A model generated the notes under the pieces. That model had not been told where the DNA came from and did no database searches. It worked only from the letters and a program-made list of their open reading frames with translations. Below, one piece after another: positions 55,641 through 64,000 of a stretch of DNA of 64,000 nucleotides. Origin of the DNA: an uncultured Chloroflexia bacterium (GTDB taxonomy: Bacteria > Chloroflexota > Anaerolineae > JAAYZQ01); NCBI GenBank assembly GCA_963700285.1, contig CAVOXA010000005.1, forward strand, positions 192,001-256,000. The letters are read 5' to 3'. A program made the position numbers and the translations under genes. Every line of letters starts with the position of its first letter. Positions within the stretch are counted from its first letter, which is position 1.

Positions 55641-56009
55641 ATGGCTGACAATCGAGTGCTCGACAAGGGGGAACTCTATCACATCCGCGTCAACGGCAAC
55701 CTGGATGACAAGTGGGCCGATTGGTTCGAAGGCTTTGTGATGACGTCCCGACCTGGCGGAGAAACACTGCTGACCGGGTATGTGCAAGATCAAGCGGCGT
55801 TGCATGGCGTGCTGGGCAAAATCCGGGGTTTGGGCCAACCGCTTCTGTTGGTGGCGCGGACCCACTGCCCTTGTTCTTCAAAGCGCTGTCCACGGCACGG
55901 GCGTTGTCACGAATGCACAGCCCATCACGCCGCGAGCGGGAAACTGCCCTACTGTTTCAGAGAAAAGACCGGTTGGGACAAACGCTGCGCGGCTCTGGCG
56001 CAGGGATAA
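55641..56009 (+). CDS. Small MalT-associated hypothetical protein with C-terminal Cys/His-rich domain
   Basis: YHIRVNGNLDDKWADWF...DQAALHG followed by CPC....CPRHG.C.EC.AHH...LPYC; AAGGAGG RBS. Confidence 0.8.
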   Translation: MADNRVLDKGELYHIRVNGNLDDKWADWFEGFVMTSRPGGETLLTGYVQDQAALHGVLGKIRGLGQPLLLVARTHCPCSSKRCPRHGRCHECTAHHAASGKLPYCFREKTGWDKRCAALAQG

Positions 56010-56028
56010 TGAGGAAGAGGAGGAAAGC

Positions 56029-56962
56029 ATGTTGAACCAACAAGTAGACTCGTACCGTTTCCTGGACCATCTGACCAAGCGACTTGTTCAGAAGTGGATC
56101 AAACTCGAGACCCCGCGGGAATTCCAACGGGGAATCCCGCGGGATATCCCGTGGACACCACTGGCAAAACCACTGGAGGAGAGCAGGGTGGCGCTGATCA
56201 CCTCGGCGGGGCTGGCCCTCAAAACCGACCAACCCTTCGACCAGGAGGGGGAGAGGCGGGACCCCTGGTGGGGCGATCCCTCCTACCGCGTCCTGCCGCG
56301 CACGGTGACGGAGAGCGACGTCAGGCTGTATCACATGCACGTCGATGCCCGCCTCGCGGAGGAAGATCTGAACACCTTCTTTCCTCTGCAGCGATTGCTG
56401 GAGCTGGAGGAGAGCGGCGAGATCGGGTGTTCTTCTGCCCATCACTATTCTATCATGGGCTACGTCCTGCAGCCCCAGGTCCTTCTGGAGGAGAGCGCGC
56501 CGGCCATGATCCGTCACATGAGGCAGGATGGGGTAGACGCCGCCGTACTGGTCCCGGTTTGACCGGTCTGCTGCTGGTCCGTTGGACTGGTACAGAGAGA
56601 AATCGAAGCAGCAGGCATCAGTACCATCACTCTGTCGAGCATCCCTGACCTGACGGCCTCCGTGGGCGTGCCGCGGCTGGCGGCCATCGAGCGGCCGCTG
56701 GGTTACCAGTTGGGACAGCCGGGCGACGGCGAGGGCCAGGCGGCCGTTCTGCGTGCCACCTTGCAGGCGCTGGCAGGAATGAAGCAGCCGGGCGGCGTCG
56801 TTCACTTGCCCTTCGAGTGGCCGGCCTCGGCCCAGAGACTGAACGCCCGAGCCGCCACAGCCGCCGCCCATAACAAAGTACTTGCTGCGCCACCCGTGGC
56901 ACGTTCGAAACCTTTTCAACCGCCAGGTGCCCGGTACACAGCAGGCGGATCTGGCGGCCTAG
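56029..56962 (+). CDS. PrdB/GrdB-like (glycine/sarcosine/betaine/proline reductase B family) selenoprotein
   Basis: PLEESRVALITSAG, D.SYR, D.N..FP, VLVPV-TGA-PVC, then in-frame REIEAAGIST...VGVPR...P...G; likely one indel near 56848. Confidence 0.85.
56567..56596 (+). promoter_or_regulatory. Putative bacterial SECIS hairpin
   Basis: TCTG-CTG-CTGGTCC-GTT-GGACTGG-TA-CAGA; G-first apical loop 18 nt after TGA 56560-56562. Confidence 0.65.
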
Positions 56963-57041
56963 CCGCATGAGGTGTCGCGGGAAGTGGTGCCGATGGTAGC
57001 CAGAGCCCACCATCGGCACCACGCGGAGCGCGGCGCCGGGT

Positions 57042-57779
57042 TCACCGTGTCCAGGGCTTGTCCAGGAACTCGTACCTGCTCTCTTCTAGCTCTTTGCGGA
57101 TAGCCGCAATGTTGGTCACCTCGCCCCGTTCCAGGATCGGCTGGATGCGTGCGTGGCTCTCGATAAGATCAGCAACACGGATCAGGATATCCTCGGCGTG
57201 GGTGGGTGGAACCACTACGATCCCCTGCTCGTCGCCGACGATGATGTCACCCGGAAAGATAACGCACTGCCCGAATGCGATGGGCACGTTGACCTCTCCT
57301 TGCCCTTTGGGGCCAAAGTTAAAACCGGTGGTCAGACCGCGAGCGTGAACGGGCAGACCGATCTCTTGCATTTGTTCGGCATCCCGTACGGCGCCATCCA
57401 CGATGAGACCCGCCAGACCGCGCTGCTTGAGACCCTTGCATATGTTGCCACCCAACAACGCGTGGTCGGTGCTGCCCCGCGCGGTCATGACCAGGACATC
57501 TCCCGGTTCGGTCAGGTCCATGGCGATCTTGCTCACGAAAAAGCTATTGGTGGGTATGCTGACCGTGACCGCAGGACCTGCGAAACATGACATGGGCTGG
57601 TAGACGGGCCGGATGCCCTGATCCACCACGCCAGCATTCTGCATGACGTCTGCCAGATCAGGCGTACCCGCTTTGCCCATGACGTCGGTCGCAGAGGGTG
57701 TGATGATCTCGATGAGCCGCGCCACCAGTGCCGGCGGCGGCCTGTCGATCTGATTGAATACTCGGTAGCCATAGGCCAT
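57042..57779 (-). CDS. RraA/HMG aldolase family protein
   Basis: AGPAVTV, PGDVLV, LGG, VDGAVRD, PGDIIVGDEQGIVVVP. Confidence 0.9.
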   Translation of the reverse strand: MAYGYRVFNQIDRPPPALVARLIEIITPSATDVMGKAGTPDLADVMQNAGVVDQGIRPVYQPMSCFAGPAVTVSIPTNSFFVSKIAMDLTEPGDVLVMTARGSTDHALLGGNICKGLKQRGLAGLIVDGAVRDAEQMQEIGLPVHARGLTTGFNFGPKGQGEVNVPIAFGQCVIFPGDIIVGDEQGIVVVPPTHAEDILIRVADLIESHARIQPILERGEVTNIAAIRKELEESRYEFLDKPWTR

Positions 57780-57826
57780 GATGGAGCCTCCCTTGATCGG
57801 CAATAGTTGTTGTGGCGACAGCCGGC

Positions 57827-58621
57827 TTATCTCGCTTCGACCCGAGGGATGCTATGCCTTTGAACCATTCCATGAAACGTACCAGGCGATCGATCGCCTG
57901 GTTGACGATCCGCTCGCCACGCTCGGCCGATGCCAGCAGTGGATCGGAGAGGCTGCCGAGAGGGAGGCGTGATGTCGTCCATGTCGACGGCAAAGCGCAC
58001 TTCGCAGCCCTCAAATCTGATGCCCGACAGCCCGCTGGGCTCACGGCCGAAAAAGTCCGCCGTGCCACAATTTTCTGCCAGATCCAGATCTACCGTGCCG
58101 GGAAACAGGTACGTCCAGAGGGAGCCCATCGGTTCGCCTCCATGCCCCATCTTGGCCTCGCCATATAGCTCCTTGGTCAATTCCTGCGTCAAGCCCATGC
58201 CGAGAGGCGAGACAATGGGAACCAGGAGGCCCCGGTCACGGCGGAGCTTTCGAATCAGGTGGCCCAGCGTGGGTTCGTTGCCTTTGTGTCCGTTGAGGAG
58301 TACGATATGCTCAAAGCCCTGGTCCATCAGGCAGTTGAGTACGTCCTGCACAACGTGAAAGAGGGTCTCACTCTGCAGGGTAACGGTGCCGGGAAACTTG
58401 CGAAAATACTCGGAATAGCCAAAGGGTAGGCAGGGAACCACCACGTCGCCGCTTTGACGGGCGGTTCGTACCGCTACTTCTTCAGCGATCAAATAGTCGC
58501 CCGTCGCAGCGTGGGGGCCATGCTCCTCGGTGGAGCCCAACGGGAAAATGGCCGCCGCTCCCCGGCCTATCGCTGCATCCACCTGCCGCCATGACATTTC
58601 TGCCGTACGTACTTGCTCCAT
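57827..58621 (-). CDS. Creatininase family amidohydrolase, C-terminal frameshifts
   Basis: PLGSTEEHGPH...D, FPGT, NGHKGN, HGG.P, A.AERG. Confidence 0.88.
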   Translation of the reverse strand: MEQVRTAEMSWRQVDAAIGRGAAAIFPLGSTEEHGPHAATGDYLIAEEVAVRTARQSGDVVVPCLPFGYSEYFRKFPGTVTLQSETLFHVVQDVLNCLMDQGFEHIVLLNGHKGNEPTLGHLIRKLRRDRGLLVPIVSPLGMGLTQELTKELYGEAKMGHGGEPMGSLWTYLFPGTVDLDLAENCGTADFFGREPSGLSGIRFEGCEVRFAVDMDDITPPSRQPLRSTAGIGRAWRADRQPGDRSPGTFHGMVQRHSIPRVEAR

Positions 58622-58769
58622 CTACTTTTACCTCCATTTGTTCTCAGATAGGTAACGCCCATGGGCCACGAGATCGTATCGATGTGACCATGGGTCAAAC
58701 TGGGTCAATCTCCCTTTGAAAGCGTGGACCGTCCGGCCGCTAGGCCAACACGTCCCTCGCCAGCATTGC

Positions 58770-59693
58770 TCAACGCCTGAGATGTGGATCCAGCGCGTCC
58801 CGCAGGCCATCCCCCATCAGGTTGAAACTCAGGGTGACCAATAGAATGGCCAAACCAGGGAAGACGATCAGCAAAGGAGCGCTGGTGAAAAAGTCGCGGG
58901 CAGTGGAAAGCATCGCGCCCCACTCTGGAGTCGGAGGCTGGGGGCCCAGGCCCAGAAAACTGAGGCTGGCCGCGCTGAGGATAGCCGTTGCCAGGCGCAT
59001 GGTAGCGGCCACGATGAGCGGCGGCACGATATTAGGGCCGATATGGCGGGAAACGATGCGGAGATTGGCCGCGCCCAAGGACCTGGCAGAGAGGATGTAA
59101 TCCTGGCCTCTGATCGACAGCGTAGAACTGCGTGCAATGCGGGCAAAGTCCGGGATAGAAGCGATGCCCACAGCGATGATGACGTTCAGGGTTCCGACTC
59201 CCAGGGCGGCGATAATGCCAATTGCCAGCAGAAAACCGGGCATAGCCATCAGAACGTCGACGAACCTCGAAATCAGCGTGTCTGTAGGCCCGCCATAGAA
59301 ACCAGCCAGCAAGCCAAGGGCTGTACCGGTGAACAGGGCCAGGCCCACAGCCCCCATGGTGATCATCAGCGTGATGCGGGCGCCGATGATGATGCGCGAG
59401 AACACGTCGCGGCCCAGTTCGTCTGTGCCCAGCCAGTGAGCGGCTGATGGACCCTGAAGCCGGTTTGCCAGGTCAATGGCGGCTGGATCGTAAGGCGCGA
59501 GGTAGGGGGCCAGCAGTGCCGTCAGGAAAAAGAGGACGATGACGACCATCCCCACAACGGCTGCCCGATGGTGCAAAAACTGGCGGGCAACCATCCGCAG
59601 GTAGGACTCGCTTCTGGCTGCAGGGCCAAAGCCATTGCTATTCGAGGTTAGATCCGATGCGTGGCTCGCCTCCATGCGCGCTCGGTCAGTCAT
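58770..59693 (-). CDS. Peptide/nickel ABC permease (DppC-like)
   Basis: HWLGTDELGRD, SLSFLGLG.QPP.PEWG, GDGLRDALDP. Confidence 0.92.
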   Translation of the reverse strand: MTDRARMEASHASDLTSNSNGFGPAARSESYLRMVARQFLHHRAAVVGMVVIVLFFLTALLAPYLAPYDPAAIDLANRLQGPSAAHWLGTDELGRDVFSRIIIGARITLMITMGAVGLALFTGTALGLLAGFYGGPTDTLISRFVDVLMAMPGFLLAIGIIAALGVGTLNVIIAVGIASIPDFARIARSSTLSIRGQDYILSARSLGAANLRIVSRHIGPNIVPPLIVAATMRLATAILSAASLSFLGLGPQPPTPEWGAMLSTARDFFTSAPLLIVFPGLAILLVTLSFNLMGDGLRDALDPHLRR

Positions 59694-60605
59694 AGCGGAT
59701 CCGGGATCCAGGTAGGCGTAACCCAGATCGACAAGCAGATTGACCAGTACAAAGGACACTGCAAGGACCATGATGGTGCCCTGGACCACCGGAAAATCGC
59801 GCGCTTTGATGCCGTCGACCAAGAGTCTGCCCAGACCCTGCCGGGTGAAGACGGTCTCGGTGACGACTGCACCGCCGAGAAGGTAGCCGAATCGCAGGCC
59901 GATGACGGTGATAATGGGAATCAGTGCGTTCTTCAGGGCATGACGCAGGAGTATCACCCGCTCATTCAGCCCCTTGGCTTGCGCCGTCCGCATATAGTCC
60001 TGCCGGATGACCTCGAGCAGGCTGGAGCGGGTCATGCGGGCAATGATGGCCGCCGAGGCCGCGCCCAGGGCCAGCGCCGGCAACACCAGTGCCTTCAGAC
60101 TACCGGCTCCTCCTGTAGGAAACCAGCGCAGACGCACGGAAAAGAAAAAGATGAGCATCAAACCCAACCAGAAGATGGGGGTGGAAACGCCCAGGAGCGA
60201 GAGAATCATCGTGGCGTGGTCAAGCAGCGAATATTGCCGCTTGGCGGAGATGATGCCGATCACCAGCCCCAAGAGCGTAGCGATGAGCATGGCGGCCAAT
60301 GCCAGCTCGGCCGTCAGTGCCACCCGGCTGAGGATCTCCTCGCTCACAGGACGCCGGGTGACGATAGAGCGGCCTAGGTCGCCCCGCAGAACCCGGCCGA
60401 GCCAAATGCCGTATTGAACGTAGAGGGGTTTGTCCAGTCCGAACTTGGCTTTGATGTTCTCAATGTCCTCTTGCGTAGCATCTTCTCCAGCTAGCGTGGA
60501 GGCCGCGTCGCCGGGTGCGATCTGCAACAGGGCGAAAACAACGAGCGACACGGCCAGCATCACCGGGATGATTTGCAACAACCGGCGTATGAGATATCTC
60601 GTCAC
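59686..60605 (-). CDS. Peptide/nickel ABC permease (DppB-like); 1-nt deletion near the stop
   Basis: GLDKPL..QY, GDLG.S, RMTRSS, HALKNA, ETVF; expected LDPRIRY* ending is one C short. Confidence 0.9.
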
Positions 60606-60678
60606 AACGTGCCTCCGGCCCGGGCAAAAAGCCTCTTACACTTCCCCCGCCTCCGCACTCCCAGAGACCGGGACAAAA

Positions 60679-60709
60679 TGGGGGCTGGGCAGGCGCGCCA
60701 GCCCCCATT
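60679..60709 (-). terminator. Hairpin after the SBP gene (terminator or stabiliser)
   Basis: ATGGGGCTGG...CCAGCCCCAT inverted repeat. Confidence 0.55.
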
Positions 60710-60718
60710 CCCGATGCG

Positions 60719-62365
60719 CTACTTGGTGGCTCCGTAGATGACTACGTTCCCGGTGGGCAGGAGCGTATAGCCGGAAACATCCTTGTTGGCAGCCATGACG
60801 TTCTGTTGGACGAAAACCCATACAAAGGGAGCATCATCCCAGATGAGTTCTTGAGCATCGGCATAGAACTTGGCCCGTTCATCCAGATCGAAGGAGGTAC
60901 GGCCCTGGGCCAAGAGCTCGTCAACCTCTGGATTGCAGTAGCCGGAGCGCTGAGCCGCTTCCATGATGGCTGCTTCGCAGTTGAAGAGGCGGTACAGGTG
61001 ATAGTCCAGATACGAACTGGTCCGGATCTGCTGCGTGGTCCAACCAGCCATGTCGTCCGGGTGCTTTTTGAGATTCTCGACCAGGCCCGCCTGATCCACC
61101 TTGTGGAGGTTGATAGTGATACCGAGGGCCTGCCAGTAGGCTTGCAGCGCCTGCGTCACCTGTTCATCACCGGCCCAGCGACCGCTGACGTAGAAAAGAT
61201 CCCCCTCAAAGCCGTCCGGATAGCCAGCGTCCGCCAGGAGCTGCTTGGCTTTCTCAGGATTGTAGGCGTAGGGTTCCAGCTCCACTGAGCCCCAGACCCC
61301 CGGTGGGCCGGACGAGTCCGCGACACGACCGACTCCCCGCATGATCTCGTTGATGATCGAAACCTTGTCCACGGCATAGTTCATGGCCTGCCGCACCTCT
61401 TTGCTGTCAAAGGGCGGCTTTGTCTGGCGCATCTCAGAGGTAACCTGGCTCAGTGAGTCATTCTTCACAACGTTTATGTTGGGGTCGCCCTCCAGACTCT
61501 GCAGGTCCTCTGGCGAGACGTTCGCGGCCAGGTCCGCTTCCCCGGTCTGCAGCATGGCCGTACGAACCGCTGCCTCAGGCACTGGCCGGTAGATCACTGT
61601 GTCCAGCTCCAGCGCCCCCCGCCAGTAGTCAGGGTTGGCCTCGTAGGTGATGTGATCGTTCGGCACCCATTCCACAAACCTAAAGGGACCGGTGCCCACT
61701 GGTTGTCGCGCGAAATCCTCAAAACCCATCTCCTCCAGGGCGGTGGGGCTGACAATGAAGGCGGAACGGTCCATGAGCAGGAATGGGAGGTCGGGGAACG
61801 GCCCGTCGGTCACGATCTGCACCGTCAGCGGATCGACGACGTTGATCTCCTTGATGACCGTGTAGGCTGAGCGTCGATTGGCGCCTACATCGGGGTCTAG
61901 GATGTACTCCAGTGTGGTCTTGACGGCGTTGGCATCAAAGGGGGTGCCGTCGTGGAAGGTGACGCCCTCGCGCAGGTTGAAGGTCCAGGTTACCTGATCG
62001 TCGCCGATCTCCCACGAAGTCGCCAGACCTCGCTCTGGATCGGGGACCATTTTCTCGTCATGGCCCACCAGCGGGTCATAGAGCAGGTAATCGAGATGGC
62101 CCGGTGGGCCGGTGGAAGTCGGTGGGTAGAGCCCGGCGGGCTCGGTGCCATCGACCAGCACGAGGCTCGTCTCCTCTTCTGTGGCTGGCACCTCGGTCGG
62201 CTCTGGGGCTGCGACCTCGGTAGCGGGCGCCGCGACCTCCTCAGTGGGCGCAGTCGTGGGCGCAGCGGTGGGCTCTGCGGGGGCTGACGCTGGCCCGCAA
62301 GCGGCCACCGCCAAGGCAAGAACCAACAGGAGCGATACCAATGGTAATACTCGGAAGCGACTCAT
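60719..62365 (-). CDS. Peptide-type (family 5) ABC substrate-binding lipoprotein
   Basis: Lipobox VAAC, PT-rich linker, LREGVTFHDG, PVGTGPF, VRQAMNYA. Confidence 0.93.
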   Translation of the reverse strand: MSRFRVLPLVSLLLVLALAVAACGPASAPAEPTAAPTTAPTEEVAAPATEVAAPEPTEVPATEEETSLVLVDGTEPAGLYPPTSTGPPGHLDYLLYDPLVGHDEKMVPDPERGLATSWEIGDDQVTWTFNLREGVTFHDGTPFDANAVKTTLEYILDPDVGANRRSAYTVIKEINVVDPLTVQIVTDGPFPDLPFLLMDRSAFIVSPTALEEMGFEDFARQPVGTGPFRFVEWVPNDHITYEANPDYWRGALELDTVIYRPVPEAAVRTAMLQTGEADLAANVSPEDLQSLEGDPNINVVKNDSLSQVTSEMRQTKPPFDSKEVRQAMNYAVDKVSIINEIMRGVGRVADSSGPPGVWGSVELEPYAYNPEKAKQLLADAGYPDGFEGDLFYVSGRWAGDEQVTQALQAYWQALGITINLHKVDQAGLVENLKKHPDDMAGWTTQQIRTSSYLDYHLYRLFNCEAAIMEAAQRSGYCNPEVDELLAQGRTSFDLDERAKFYADAQELIWDDAPFVWVFVQQNVMAANKDVSGYTLLPTGNVVIYGATK

Positions 62366-62601
62366 AACTCTCTCCTTTCTTGGGGCATGTTGACCCTATG
62401 CGCTGACTTGTACCATTTGGGGCTGAACTGTTATGGTCTATCCCACCTCCTTTCGGTCTCAGCATTCACCAACTCGCCCAGTCCTCTGGCCAGATTATCC
62501 CTCTGCTGCCGAAAGGACCAGGCCTGAGGCACACTCTGGCTTTTCCTCAACATGAATGCCAAGCTCCCGGCAGCCGAGAAGGCCACTACCTGGACAGTGG
62601 G

Positions 62602-62630
62602 ATTATAAACCAGTTCCCGACTATAGGCAA
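62602..62630 (-). promoter_or_regulatory. Promoter TTGCCT-N17-TATAAT of the ABC/creatininase operon
   Basis: AGGCAA at 62625-62630 and ATTATA at 62602-62607 on the + strand. Confidence 0.75.
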
Positions 62631-62774
62631 GTTCGAGGAATCCTAGGGCTTTCGAAGCAGAACTGAAGCCCACTATCAACCCAAAGGTTTTCGCCCGAGT
62701 CCCCTGGTCAGCCCACCGGGGCCGCCCTTTACCGCCAGACACAAGCGGGATGCCGAGACAGTCTGGCGCGACTC

Positions 62775-63385
62775 ATGGCAGCGTACGAGGGTTTAGTCCG
62801 TGCCGTCGTGCGGAAGCAGGTCTTGGGCGACCTGCCATTTGCCGAGGCCTTGCAGGCGGGTCGCATTGGCCTGTGGCACGCCATCCTGGGCTTTGATCCC
62901 GAGCAGAGAACGGCCTTTTCCACCTACGCCTGGACCTCCATTATGCACCAGGTCTGGCGAGAGGTCAAGCTTGCCGAGCGTGCCCCTTGTCGAGCCATGG
63001 AACATCTTGACCTCGACGAAGCCTCTTCTTCGGCGGCGGGAACGACAGATCCAGCCCAAGCCTGGGAAGCAGCTGCCATCCGCTCCGCCTTCTGGGATCT
63101 CCTTGCCCGGCTGCCAGAGCGATTGCGCGTCGTCGTCTTGGCTCGCTGTGAATTAACTGGGAAGTCCCAAGTCTTCTATTCTGCGATCGGCGCTGCGTTG
63201 AGCGTCAGCGGCGAGCGGGCGCGCCAACTGCATACCGAAAGCCTTGATCTGGCTGCGCCAATCCCTTCACTCCCAGCAGTTGCGTTCTCTCCTGGCCCGC
63301 TACACGTTTGCCGATTACAAGACCGTCGAGGCCGACACTCAGCGCTGGTTGCGGTGGCGAGGAGGCCGACATGGCCAACCGGACG
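62775..63385 (+). CDS. Compact sigma70-family protein (regions 2 and 4), frameshift near 63240; possibly a pseudogene, both ends uncertain
   Basis: LQAGRIGLWHAILGFDPEQRTAFSTYAW (region 2); LPERLR.V...R....IGAALSVSGERARQL (region 4.2); homology extends upstream (QAGCRDSLARL) with no start codon. Confidence 0.8.
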
Positions 63386-63460
63386 GCATGCTCCTCCATG
63401 CGGCTTCCCGCATGCGCTGTACCTCCATACAGCAGAGCTGCTACCAACCTACGGGCTCCG
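63371..63460 (+). pseudogene. N-terminal remnant of a downstream gene (MANRTACSS...), probably a transposase
   Basis: GGAGG RBS and ATG overlapping the sigma tail; transposase identity is from recollection of similar Chloroflexota gene pairs, no DDE motif visible. Confidence 0.4.
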
Positions 63461-63559
63461 ACAACCCGCGTCCCTGCCCGGCCAAGAAGAAAGAGCGCCA
63501 GCCACAGTCACAGAATGGCCCTTTGGCCCGCCTGGCGCCGTGGCAGGGATGAGGGGCAT

Positions 63560-64000
63560 GATCTATGACAACTGGCTACACGGACGATGGGCAGCGACAG
63601 GTCACGGTCGCATGTACCGATACCGTGATTCAACATGATCCCTGTACGGTTGAGACACAGATCGAGATTAGCGTGCAGAACTTACCTCTGACCGCGTACC
63701 TCAGCAACACCGGCCCTGTAGACCAGGGTGTTGCGGCGACCGTCTCCTTCAGCAATCAGGCAAACCAGAGCGATGCGTCCAGGATCGACAGCCAGGCCGG
63801 CTTCCACTATGCCTATGCCTGCGACGGCGGCAGCCTGGACTCGTGCTACATACGACAACAGCATCGCCTCTGAACGGTTCCACGATCTGCAGTCTTTGCC
63901 AGCGACGGCAGCACATTCGGTGCGCGCCCGCATCATCGACAAGGACGACGGCTACAGCGAGTACACCGCACGAGGTCGTCGTGACGGAGTGGCTCGCCAC
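63560..64000 (+). pseudogene. Fragment of a PKD/Ig-like repeat surface protein
   Basis: N.GPV.QG..ATVSF, AGF.Y.Y.CD, ARIIDKD.G.SEY motifs across frames. Confidence 0.55.

Larger units (their letters stand above)
62645..63460 (+). mobile_element. Truncated putative IS element: terminal repeat, sigma70-like gene, start of a second gene (likely transposase)
   Basis: End sequence duplicated at 1-52; sigma gene coupled to a second ATG; sequence switches to an unrelated surface-protein fragment after ~63460 (boundary approximate). Confidence 0.6.

Noticed and set aside
56110-56152. Short repeats CCCGCGGGA inside the selenoprotein gene
   Set aside because: Small in-frame duplication (PREF/QRGI/PRDI) with no evidence of a separate function.
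58770-60605. 611-aa fused DppB-DppC permease
   Set aside because: Adding one C to the CCC run near 59701 restores the canonical LDPRIRYD* end overlapping the next ATG; likely a homopolymer error.

Overview
GC-rich bacterial window, most likely Chloroflexota/Anaerolineae. This is inferred from a C-terminal 'IYLPLIV' sorting motif, Pro/Thr/Ala-rich lipoprotein linkers, and a MalT-like LuxR regulator with its small partner gene. Many 1-nt indels break otherwise intact genes; these are probably long-read consensus errors. Layout: 0.2-4.3 kb, membrane and hypothetical genes with a small MITE. 4.4-35 kb, a ~30 kb minus-strand sugar catabolism supercluster centred on L-rhamnose: DeoR-sensor fusion, ABC transporter whose binding protein has three tandem domains, L-rhamnose 1-dehydrogenase-like SDR, two MBL hydrolases, cupin, two TPP-dependent E1 alpha/beta pairs plus E2, rhaM, UroD-family protein, rhaA, class II aldolase, PHP protein, Zn-dehydrogenase, SrlD-like SDR, rhaB, DUF89 phosphatase, and a transaldolase with a Cys-rich insertion. 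35-45.5 kb, ion-transport/stress cluster (YihY, DUF4239, two DHH, MscS, RCK_C-SLC13, two USP, ArsB/NhaD-like). 45.8-52 kb, nested palindromic repeats, SdrD-like pseudogene, secreted alkaline phosphatase, SDR and RidA. 52.6-57 kb, MalT-like regulator and a PrdB/GrdB-like selenoprotein (in-frame TGA, U-x-x-C, SECIS-like hairpin). 57-62.4 kb, peptide-type ABC system with creatininase and RraA. 62.6-63.5 kb, truncated putative mobile element carrying a compact sigma70-like gene. Most notable: the 52-bp end of that element recurs inverted at positions 1-52 (51/52 identical), and both ends lie 12-14 bp upstream of the -35 box of a near-consensus host promoter, suggesting a sigma-factor-carrying, promoter-targeting transposon. 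No CRISPR array, rRNA or tRNA was recognised.
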